A DNA stretch of 64,000 nucleotides from Scyliorhinus canicula (Eukaryota). Under the pieces are notes generated by a model that saw only the letters and a list, made by a program, of their open reading frames with translations, ran no database searches and was not told the DNA's origin. The DNA lies in assembly GCF_902713615.1 (NCBI RefSeq), contig NC_052147.1, positions 259,256,886 through 259,320,885 of the forward strand. The letters run 5' to 3'. Of the stretch, positions 40,960 through 52,098 are shown one piece after another; position 1 is the stretch's first letter; the number at the start of each line of letters is the position of its first letter. The position numbers were made by a program, and so were the translations under genes.

Positions 40960-41290
40960 TTGCTGTGGCAGTGGTTAGCACTGCTGCCTCACAGCATCAA
41001 GGACCCTGGTTCAATTCTAACCTTGGGTGACTGTGTGTAGTTTGTATGTTCTCCCCGTGTCTGCGTGGTTTCCTCCGGATGCTCTGGTTTCCTCCGACCG
41101 TCCAAAGATGTGCAGGATAGGTGGATTGGCCATGCTAAATTGTCCCTTTGTGTCCAAAAGATTAGGTGGGGTTATGGGGTTACAGTGATAAGGCGGGGGA
41201 GTGGTCCTAGGTCAGGTGCTCTTTCAGAGGGTCGATATGGACTCGATGAGCCAAATGGTCTTCTGCACTGTAGGCATTCTATAATTATAT
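40960..41290 (+). mobile_element. HE1/V-SINE, long form
   Basis: Head, V-domain, CR1-like tail. Confidence 0.8.
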
Positions 41291-41584
41291 GATTCCAAGA
41301 GTTTATAGTTATACAGCACCTTTAATATAATTGAAACAAGGCACTTTACAAAAAAACACTGGGAAACATAAGGAGGTATGAAGGTAGATGGCCAAAAACC
41401 TGGTCAAAATTTTGTAGAGTGTAAAGAGGAAAATGAGAGGTGGAGAGGTTCAGGGAGGAAATTTGAGAGCTTAGTGTCTTGGCAGTTTAAGGCATGGCTA
41501 TCATAGGAGGAATGATTAAAATTAGAGGTACTCAGGAAGCCAGAATTTGAAGAGCGCAGGTATCTTGGAAAGTCGTGGGCTTAC

Positions 41585-44530
41585 ATAAGAACATAAGAAC
41601 TAGGAGCAGGAGTAGGCCATCTGGCCCCTCGAGCCTGCTCCACCATTCAATTAGATCATGGCTGCTCTTTTGTGGACTCAGCTCCACTTTCCCGCCATAT
41701 CCCTTTATTCCTTTATTCTTCAAAAAACTATCAATCTTTATCTTCAGTGCCTCCAGCGCCAGTACGTCCTTTCTCAGGTAAGGAGACCAAAACTGAACAT
41801 AATACTCCAGGTGTGGCCTCACTAACACCTTATACAGTTGCAGTATACCCTCCCTAGTCTTAAACTCCATCCCTCTAGCAATGAAGGACAAAATTCCATT
41901 TACCTTCTTAATCACCTGTTGCACCTGTAAACCAACTTTTTGCAACTCATGCACTAGGATAATCAGGTCCCTCTGCACAGCAACATGTTTTAATATTTTA
42001 TCATTTAAATAATAATCCCGTTTGCTGTTATTCCTACCAAAATGGATAACCTCACATTTGTCAACATTGTATTCCATCCGCCAGACCCTAGCCCATTCAC
42101 TTCAACTATCCAAATTCCTCTGCAGACTTCCAGTATCCTCTGCACTTTTTGCTTTACCACCCATCTTACTGTCGTCTGCAAACGTGGACACATTGCCCTT
42201 GGTCCCCAACTCCAAATCATCTATGTAAATTGTGAACAATGGTGGGCCCAAAACTGATCCCTGAGGGGCACTACTAGCTGATTGCCAAGCAGAGAAACAC
42301 CCATTAATCCCCACTCTTTGCTTTCTATTAATTAACTAATCCTCTATCCATGCGACCGCTTTACCCTTAACACCATGCATCATTATCTTATGCAGCAACC
42401 TTTGTGTGGCACCATGTCAAAAGCTTTCTGGAAATCCAGATATACCACATCCATTAACTCCCCGTTGTCTACCGCAATGGTAATGGCCTCAAAAAATTCC
42501 ACGAAATTAGTTAGGCACGACCTGCCCTTTATGAACCCATGCTGCGTCTGCCCAATGGGACAATTTTCATCCAGATGTCTCGCTATTTCTTCCTTGATGA
42601 TAGATTCCAGCATCTTCCCTATTACCGAAGTTAAGCTAACTGGCCTATAATTACCTGCTTTCAGCCTACCTCCTTTTTTACACAGTGGTGTCACGTTTGC
42701 TAATTTCCAATCCGCTGGGACCACCCCAGAGTCTAGTGAATTTTAAAAAATTTTTTGCAATTTAAAAAAAAAGAATTTTGAGTACCCAATTCATTTTTTG
42801 TTTCCAATTAAGGGGCAATTTAGTGTGGCCAATCTACCTACCCTGCACATCTTTGGGTTGTGGGGGTGAAACCCACACAAACACAGGGAGAATGTGAAAC
42901 TCCACATGGACAGTAACCCAGAGCCGGGATCAAACCTGGGACATCGGCGCCGTGAGGCAGCACTGCGCCGCTATGCTGCCCTGAATCTCGTGAATTTTGG
43001 TAAATTATCACGAGTGCATTTGCCATTTCCCTATTCATCTCTTTTATAACCCTGGGATGCATTCCATCAGGGCCAGGAGACTTGTCTACCTTTAGCACCA
43101 TTAGCTTGCCCATCACTACCTCCTTAGTGATAACAATCGTCTCAAGGTCCTCACCTGTCATAGCCTCATTTCTATCAGTCACTGGCATGTTATTTGTGTC
43201 TTTCCCTGTGAAGACCGACCCAAAAACCTTGTTCAGTTCCTCAGCCACTGGGATGCATTCCATCAGGGCCAGGAGACTTGTCTACCTTTAGCACCATTAG
43301 CTTGCCCATCACTACCTCCTTAGTGATAACAATCGTCTCAAGGTCCTCACCTGTCATAGCCTCATTTCTATCAGTCACTGGCATGTTATTTGTGTCTTTC
43401 CCTGTGAAGACCGACCCAAAAACCTTGTTCAGTTCCTCAGCCATTTCCTCATCTCCCATTATTAAATCTCCCTTCTCATCCTCGAAAGGACCAATATTTA
43501 CCTTAGCCACTCTACTTTGTTTTACATATTTGTAGAAACTTTTACTACCTGTTTTTATATTCTGAGCAAGTTTACTCTCGTAATCTATCTTACTCTTCTT
43601 TATAGCTTTTTTTAGTAGCTTTCTGTTGCTCCCTAAAGATTTCCCAATCGTCTAGTCTCCCACTGATCTTTGTCACTTTGCTGCTTTTTCTTTCAATTTG
43701 ATACTCTCCCTTATTTCCTTAGATATCCACGGTCGATTTTCCCTCTTTTTACCATCCTTCCTTTTTGTTGGTATAAACTTTTGCTGAGCACTGTGAAAAA
43801 TCGCTTGGAAGGTTCCCCACTGTTCCTCAACTGTTTCACCATAAAGTCTTTGCTCCCAGTTTACCTCAGCCAGCTCTTCTGTCATGCCATTTTAATCTCC
43901 TTTGTTTGAGCACAAAACACAAGTGTTTGATTTTACCTTCTCACCCTCCATCTGCATTTTAAATTCCACCATATTGTGATCGCTCCTTCCGAGAGGATCC
44001 CTAACTATGAGATCATTAATCAATCCTATATCATCACACAGGACCAGATCAAGGATCACTTGTTCCCTCGTAGGTTCCATTACATACTGTTCTAGGAAAC
44101 TATTGCGGATGCATTCTATAAACTCCTCCTCAAGGCTGCCTTGACTGACCTGGTTAAACCAATCGACATGTAGATTAAATATCCTATGATAACTGCTGTG
44201 CCATTTCTACATACATCAGTTATTTATTTGTTTATTGCCCACCCCACTGTAATGTTACTATTTGGTGGCCTATAGACTACTCCTATCGGTGACTTTTTTG
44301 CCTTACTATTCCTAATTTCCACACAAATGGATTCAACCTTATCCTCCATAGCACCGATGTCATCCCTCACTACTGCCTGGATGACATCTTTATATAACAG
44401 AGCAACACCACCTCCCTTACCATCCACTCTGTCCTTCCAAATAGTTTGATACCCTCGGATATTTAACTCCCAGTCGTGATCATCTTTTAACCATGTTTCA
44501 GTAATGGCCACTAAGTCATAGTCATTCACG
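41585..44530 (-). mobile_element. CR1 LINE covering most of ORF2 (APE endonuclease plus RT), with an HE1 insertion at 42745-42982
   Basis: YDLVAITETWL, GGGVALLY, GVVYRPP, ILDLVL...SDHNMV, GNYRPVSLTS, DFQKAFD, FADD; TTCTTATG-type tail. Confidence 0.92.
43052..43443. repeat. Exact 196-bp tandem duplication inside the CR1
   Basis: Units 43052-43247 and 43248-43443 read identically. Confidence 0.9.
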
Positions 44531-44591
44531 ATGAATTCCATCTGCGATGTGCCTGCTCATTTCACCAATCTGCCCATGCCCTCCTGGAGCG

Positions 44592-44976
44592 TGTTACGAA
44601 CTGTAGTGTTCTTTGTGTTGCTACATTTAGAAGGGTTGGCGTTGTGTTCACAAAGACCACAAAATAGCTTTAAATTGAACAAAGCTATAAATTTATTAAC
44701 ACTACTTATTTGCATTTGACACTTATTCCTAGATCATACACAGTTGATAATAAACATATAATCTACACTCATCTGCTACTAATCTCTACACTATAACATT
44801 AACTTAGATCTGCTCTAACTCACTATATTTTCTTCAGTCTGTTCTCTCGCCTTCTCCTCAACCTCTCACTCCTAAGGCCTTATATGTCTTATATACTTGC
44901 ACATATAGCACCCCTTAGTGGTTGAGTTAGACATTTAATTAACCCTTGCCATTCTTACATTTCTGATAATGTCACA
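44592..44976 (-). mobile_element. Possible solo LTR
   Basis: TGTTAC...GTCACA termini, TATA-like and AATAAA-like motifs on the minus strand; interrupts a CR1 fragment; no TSD seen. Confidence 0.4.
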
Positions 44977-45185
44977 GAACTTCCGCACTGTTTGTTGCAT
45001 TTGCACTTTGTGTCATCTGCAAACTTTGGAAGAATGGACTGTGTAGCCACGTCCAGGCTATTAAGATAAATACAAAAAGAGTAGCAGCCTCAATACTGAC
45101 CCCTGGTGAACACTCCTGTATACTTCCCTCCATTCTGAAAAACAACCGTTCACAGATCAGCTTTGTCTCCTTCAACCAACATCTG

Positions 45186-45879
45186 GGGCGGAATTCTCCC
45201 CCACATGGTGGGGCGGGGGGTCCCGGCGGGATGGAGTGGCGTGAACCACTCTGGCGTCGGGTTGCCCCAAAGGTGCGGAAGTCTCCGCACCTTTAGGGGC
45301 CAAGCCCTAACCTTGAGGGACTAGGCCCGCACCGGAGTGGTTGGTGCCCCACCGGCCGGCGGGAACGGCCTTTGGCGCCACGCCAGCCAGGACCGAAGGG
45401 ACTTCTCCGGCCGGCGGAAGTCCGCGCATGCGCCGGAGCGTCAGCGGCTGCTGACGTCATCCCTGCACATGCGCAGGGGAGGGGGTCACATCTGCCTCCA
45501 CCATCATGAAGACTATGGCGAAGACCGAAGGAAAAGAGTGCCCCCACGGCACAGGCCCGCCCGCCGATTGGTGGGCCCTGATCGCGGGCCAGGCCACCGT
45601 GGGGGCACCCCCCAGGGCCAGATCGCCCCCCCCCCCCCCCCCCCCCCCCCCGGACCCCAGAGCCCGCACGCGCCGCCTGGTCCTGCTGGTAAGGTAGGTG
45701 GTTTGATTTACGCCGGCGGGACCGGCCCATCGCGGGAGGGGGGCCCGCCGACAGGCGCGGCGCGATTCCTGCCCCCGCCGAATCTCTGCTGCCGGAGACT
45801 TCGGGCGATGGAGGGGGCAGGATTCACGCCGGCCCCCCGGCGATTCTCCGACCCGGCGGGTGGTCGGAGAATCCCGCCC
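45186..45879. mobile_element. PIF/Harbinger-type MITE
   Basis: TIR GGGCGGAATTCTCC / GGAGAATCCCGCCC; flanks CTG/CTT; colinear with 49630-50321. Confidence 0.82.
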
Positions 45880-46579
45880 CTTATCCAGACAGCCATTGCC
45901 CCTTTAATCCCATGAGTTCAAATTTTGCAAGTAATTGTATAATGTGGTACATACCAGTAAAGGTGATCATGAAACTATCAGATAATTGACTTACTTTAAG
46001 GAAACTTATACTGTCTGGACTGTATGTATTTAACAGCCACTGGAGTGATTCTCTTGGATATTCCCACCCAACAACATTGTGGGTTCCCCTTTAAAGACTG
46101 CAGCGGCTTAGAGAGAGGGCTTACCACCACATTCCCGGCACAGCTACAGTTTATCAATAAATTAATGGCCTTGCCTGCAAATACCCAAATATCAAGAATG
46201 AATGTTTTGTTTTAAAAAGGAGATCAGATTAGGAATATATTTTCGGAAAAGTTCCCATTGGAATCAGCACCTGACAATTATGTTTGAGGTTAAAATGAAA
46301 ATATCCCATCCAGCCTGCAATATTTTCACAGTAACTTCATTGCAGTGTTAATGTAAGCCTACCTGTGACAGTAATAAAGATTATTATTATTAATGAACTG
46401 AAGACAATTTTAGCTTTGCCTACTGAGTTGGGCCTCAGACATTCTTATTGAGTACATGAGGATTTCTCAGGTATACTTGTATCCTGGCTCACATGGTTAA
46501 AAATAATCATAGAAAGTTGTTATTATCTTGCAGAGTCATTTCAGTTATTCATGTGACAAAACTATTGAATTAAATAATT

Positions 46580-48335
46580 GTAATGAGAGAGGAAGTGTTA
46601 GAGGTGTTGGAATCCTTGAAGGTGGATGTGTCACCAGGAATGGATGGATTGCTTCCTAGGATGTAGGGGTTGTTTAGCACGGGGCTAAATCGCTGGCTTT
46701 GAAAGCAGACCGAGCAGGCCAGCAGCACGGTTCGATTCCGTAACAGCCTCCCCGAACAGGCGCTGGAATGTGGTGACTAGGGGCTTTTCACAGTAACTTC
46801 ATTTGAAGCCTACTCATGACAATAAGCGATTTTCATGTTTCAGGATGTTGAAGGAGGCCAGGGAGGAAATAGCAGATGCTCCGAAGATTATTTTCCAATC
46901 TTGACTAAACACAGGGGAGGTGCCAGAGGACTGGAGGAATACAAATGTGGTTCCGTTGTTTCAGAAGAATATGAAGGAAATGCCAAACAATTATCGGCCG
47001 GTTAACTTTCTTTGGTGGGAATATTGTCAGAATCAATCCTGAGAGATCGGATAAACTGTGACTTAGAAAGGCATGGACTAGTCAGGGATAGTCAGCAGGG
47101 CTTTGTTAAGGGAAGGCCATGCCTTACAAATTTCATTGAATTCATTGAGGAAGTGACAAGGGGATCGATGAGGGTAGAGCAGTGGATGTTGTGTGCATGG
47201 ATTTTAGTAAGACAAGGTCACACATGGAAGATTGATCAAAAAAGTAAAAGCCCATGAGATACAGGATAATATGGTGAATTGGATCCACAGTTGGCTTCGT
47301 AACAGAAAACAAAGGGTAATGGTTGATGGCTGCCCTTGCGAATGGAAAGCTGCTTCAAGTGGTGTTCAGCTCGGTGTTTGGACCCCTGCTGTTTGTTTTA
47401 TATATTTATGATTTGGACTTGAACATGGGGGGCAGATTTGGAAATTTGCAGACAACAACAAAAATTGGCCGTGTAGTGGATAGTGTAAAGGATAGCTGCA
47501 AGTGCCAAAATGATACAGGTGGATTGGTGAAGTGGGCAGGAAAGTGGCAGATGGAGTTAAACTCTGACAAGTGTGAGATAATGCATTAAGGGAGGTCAAA
47601 CAGTGAAAGGGAATACACAATAAACAATATACTGAAAGAAGTAGATGAAGTGACAGATCTTGGCGTGCAAGTACACAGGTCCCTCAAGGATGCAGTACAG
47701 GTAAATAAAATTGTAAAGAAGGCATATGGAATGCTGTCCTTCATTGGCAGATGTATAGAATACGAAAATAGGGATGTAATGATGGAACTAGTGAGGCTAC
47801 AACTGGAGTATTGTGTGCAGTTCTGGTCACCACATTACAGGGAGAAGGTAATCATTCTGGAGGGGGTGCAGAGAGGATTTACTGGAATGTTGCCAGGGCT
47901 GGAGAATTGTAGCCACGAGGAGAGACTGGAGAGGTTGGGGTTGTTTTCCTTCGAACAGAGAAGGCTGAGGGCTGACATCATTGAAGTGCACAAAATTGTG
48001 CTGGGTCGAGATACAGTAGACAGGAGGAACCTGTTTCCCTTGGCAGAGAGTTCAAAAACTAGGGGTCAGAGATCCAAGCTAAGTGGCAGAAAGATTATGG
48101 TTAGGGACAGGAGGTGAAACATTTTTACACAGAGGGTGATAGACATCTGGAATTCGCTGCTTGAGTTGGTGGTGGAGGCAGAGACTCTAAACTAAATGCT
48201 GTAAGCTACAGGGCTATGGGCCGTAGGCAGGAAGGTGGGATTAGAAAGAGCACCTGAGTGTCCTTGGGTTGGCATGGACAAGATGGGCTGAATGGCCCCC
48301 CTTCTGTGCTGTACAATTTCTATGGTTCTTCTATG
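46580..48335 (+). mobile_element. Degenerate CR1 LINE with a SINE at 46665-46841 (7-bp TSD AGGATGT)
   Basis: SQQGFVKGRPCLTN, LEYCVQFWSPHY, TRGQ, CR1 tail. Confidence 0.85.
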
Positions 48336-48744
48336 GTTCTCTGAATTCTCCCAATCTCTCACCATCACTTCCATGCAGAACAGTGCAAACATGTCATTCA
48401 TTAACCAGCAACAAATCAAAACTGAACATCTTGAAACGCCAGTCATTTTCTGCTGGTTTCCATCAAATGTGATAATCAGAGCTGTCCCAAGGGGAGGAGT
48501 TGGGATTGAGAAGCAAAAGAAAATAGATGTATATATTATCAGAAAAACTATTATGGTCAATTTGACAGGCACTATGTCATGGAAATATAATAAGATCATA
48601 AGAGCAGGTTTCGACCGCTCGGCCCATCAAGTCTGCTCATGGCTGATATTTTTCTCATCCCCATTCTCCTGCCTTCTCCCCATAATCCTTGATGCCCTTA
48701 TCAATCAAGGATCTATCTATCTCTGTCTTAAAGACACTCAGTGA

Positions 48745-50446
48745 TTTGGGGTGGGACTTGGTTTGATTGGTTGGCTGGATGCCAATGAATTGGCCAGAAG
48801 GCTGTATTCTACCCAAAACAGTGGTGATTAGATCCTGCCTGAGTGGGATGAATTCCAGAGACCTAAGGAAAGAAGAGTTTTGACCTGAACACAAGAGAAA
48901 TGGACCTGCTCTCACTGTCTCACTCTCTCTCTCGAGAAAGGCTGAGGGTTGATGTATTTCTGCTCCTACAGAGGCCTGAATGAATCTACAGTGAAAACCT
49001 TAAACTGAAAGCAAAGTTTGAAGAGGAGAAAGGTGCTAGAAACAACCATCTGAAACAAAGACGCTTTTTCCTTTTACTTACTTATGTGTGCGGCATTTTG
49101 GCACAGTGGCTAGCACTGCTCCCTCACAGCACCAAAGATCATGGTTCAATTCTGGCCTTGGGTAACTGCCTGTGTGGAGTTTATACATTCTCCCCGTGTC
49201 TGCATGGGTTTCCTCCGGATGCTCCAGTTTCCCCCCACAGTCCAAAGATGTGCGGGTCAGGTGGATTGGCCATGATAAATTGCCCCTTAATGTCCAGGAA
49301 AGCGCAGGTTAGGTTATGGGATTACGGGGATAGGGCGAGGTGGACATTCGTAAATGGGCAGAGTGCTCATTGAAAGGGTTGGTGCAGACTCGATGGGACG
49401 AGTGGCCTCCTTCTGCACTGTAGGGTTTCTTTCTCTGATTATGATTTGCACCCCTCTCCTCCCCTCTGTGTTTGTCTGTCTTGTGTATGTGTGTGTGTGT
49501 AGAGGTTGGGGGGCAAGTTAAAGTGGAGGATTAGGAATTAGATAATAGTCAACCAGTTGTATTTGCTGCATATTTCATTATAGTTCTTGTTATAAATAAA
49601 AAGTGACTGTATTTAAATTTACAAACCTGGGGCGGGATTCTCCCCTACCCGGCGTGGCGGGGGGTCCCGGCGTAGGGGAGTGGCGCCAACCACTCCGGGG
49701 TCGGGCCTCCCCAAAGGTGGGTAATTCTCCGCACCTTTGGGGGGTAGCCCCGCGCCGGAGCGGTTGGCACCAGAAGACTGGCGCAAAAAACCGGCGCCCC
49801 CGGCAGCAGGGCTGGCCGAAAGGCTTTCGCCGGTCGGCGCATGCGCCGGCGGTGACGTCAGCGGCCAGCTGCCGCTGACGTCACCACCGGCGCATGCGCG
49901 ATGTGGGTTTCTCTTCCACTTCCGCCATGGCGGAGGCCGTGGCGGCCGCGGAAGAGAAAGAGTGCACCCAGGGCACTGGCCCGGAGTCTGAGCGGGGGGC
50001 CCCGATCGTGGGCCAGGCCACCGTGGGGACACCCCCCGGGGTCCGATCGCCCCCCGCCCCCCCCCAGGGGCCCACTTGCACCGCCGATCCCGCCGCCACC
50101 AGAGGCGGTTCAAACCTCGGTGGCGGGAGAGGCCTCCCAGCGGCGGGACTTCGGCCCATCGCGGGCCGGAGAATCGCCGCAGGGGCCTCGCCGATCGGAG
50201 TGGCGTGATTCCCGCCGCCGCCACTTCCCGGGTGGCGGAGAATCTCTGCCACGGCGGGGGCCGGATTTTCGGCGGCCCCAGGCGATTCTCCGACCCTGCT
50301 GGGGGTCGGAGAATTTCGGCCACGGTGTAAGTATTGGGCAGCCACAGGCCAAAGACATCGGGTTTTTTTCTAAGAATTATTGGTTAATTCAGTTGTGTCA
50401 AGTGGGGCTGTAATTGACTGTGCACTAGCCCAGGGGGGTCGTTACA
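48745..50446 (+). mobile_element. Probable solo LTR carrying an HE1 (about 49090-49430) and a MITE (49630-50321)
   Basis: Tandem reverse CCAAT motifs, AATAAA near 49595, terminal GTCGTTACA; left boundary uncertain. Confidence 0.4.
49630..50321. mobile_element. PIF/Harbinger-type MITE
   Basis: TIR GGGCGGGATTCTCC / GGAGAATTTCGGCC; internal 63-bp palindrome. Confidence 0.8.
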
Positions 50447-51418
50447 CTCTCTTCCCACAATGCACCCCCCTGCACCCCCTACATTCACCCTCCCTACTGA
50501 CAATGATTTCTTGTATTTCAAACAAACCCTTTCACAATCAATGTAAAGATCCCCCTTGTTATTTAATATGTTGTCAATTATATGGTATAAAGCTCCTGTC
50601 ATTGTAAAATAATATATCCTTTGGTTAGTGTGAACCGTGCAACAGAAGAGTCCCTGATTTCTAAAAAGGACTGAACCATGCAAATTTGTAACATTCTGCC
50701 CTGGTTGTGAATTCTGGATTTCTAGACAAATTCTAAGTGTAGATCAGCAGGTGCCAACTTAATCAAGGGGCAAGGGAAGCATCAATAATGTACAAAATGC
50801 ATAATGTTTCATGGCGTGCAAGGGGGGATGGATTTGTTAGTATTCAGTATTATTGGTTAGCAGTGCAACATTAAGACCCTTGTTGGAAAATCTGCAATAT
50901 TAGCAGCATAATCTGATTGTTTGGCTGTTGGAAACAGGCTCCGCATGCCATGAGCACATCTTGTGGACATGCACAGAACTTCACGTGGCAGATATTGCTC
51001 AGCTAGGTCCTCACACCAGCTGTTTGTTTTATTGGGAAATCTGCTTTTACTTCCTGACGTAAACGATCAGAGACCTTAATTCCACTTTGCAGCAACATCC
51101 ATTATCTGTTTTCATTTCCACATGAAATGGAGCAATTACCCATTTAGTTTCAAACGAGCCAACTGCCCAAATACACAATGAGAATACAATTAAATCAGAT
51201 TTTTAAAAAAATGTAATTGGAACCTTTTAAGGTTGATTATTTGATTTCAGCCGAACCGATGCATTTTTATCTTTCATTGCTGACCTGTTGGTGGCTTACT
51301 GATATGAAATATTCTCCTCTTTCCTTGTGCATGCATTGCACATGATTGGGCAGGCTGTGGCTGCCATGGAAACCAGTTGTCTCAGTTCCAACATGCAGTG
51401 TCCTTACTCTTTCTGCAG

Positions 51419-51591
51419 GTGAGTCCGTGCCTGAAGATGAACAAATTGATGCCAAAGACCAAAAGACCTTGGAGCCGTGTGACAACCAGACAACCATTGA
51501 CAATGTTGCTCCGGCACCCAAAATCACAGCAGGGGAGAGGGTGAAGTTGGAGGAAGAGATCAGCAATTTGTATAAGCAGCTCGACGACAAG
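51419..51591 (+). CDS. KIF5C: KIF5C exon, hinge 1: (G)[57 protein letters not shown]
   Basis: ttctgcag|GT ... AAG|gtttgt, 173 nt. VPEDEQI-AKDQK-LEPCDN is diagnostic of KIF5C rather than KIF5A/B. Confidence 0.94.
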
Positions 51592-52098
51592 GTTTGTGTT
51601 TAGCAGCACAATGGACCCCACAATACCTTACTTGTGCCTATAGTACCTTGTGCCCCATTATTTTTAATAATAGCCCAAATTTGTGAGTAACAGCGGGTTC
51701 ATGATGCACACTGTTGTTAGTGCACGACAAACCCAACACTTTGTGGTGAATAAAGACAAAGGTCATGAGCTGTGAATTGACACCGGCTGTTAATACCTTT
51801 AGCCTTGCAAAATCTGGATCTCGTCATCAAACACCCTGTGAGTTTCATTAATTGTGAGCTTTGCGCTGTAAATATGAATTTAACTTGCCGCTACTTTACG
51901 ATGGAACGTCCCCTGGCGATCAGGTGATTTATGGTCCTCATAAAAAGTTGCAAGGCGAGGAAAGGAAGAATTTAAACTTTGGAATCTGACTGCTCCAGGA
52001 ATATGTAACACCTCGAGTGTTTGGTTTCATCTTTCTTTTCCTACCTTTCCTCTGTTGCTACTTTTCTGTCTTAATCTTTCAATCTTTCTTTCCCTCTT

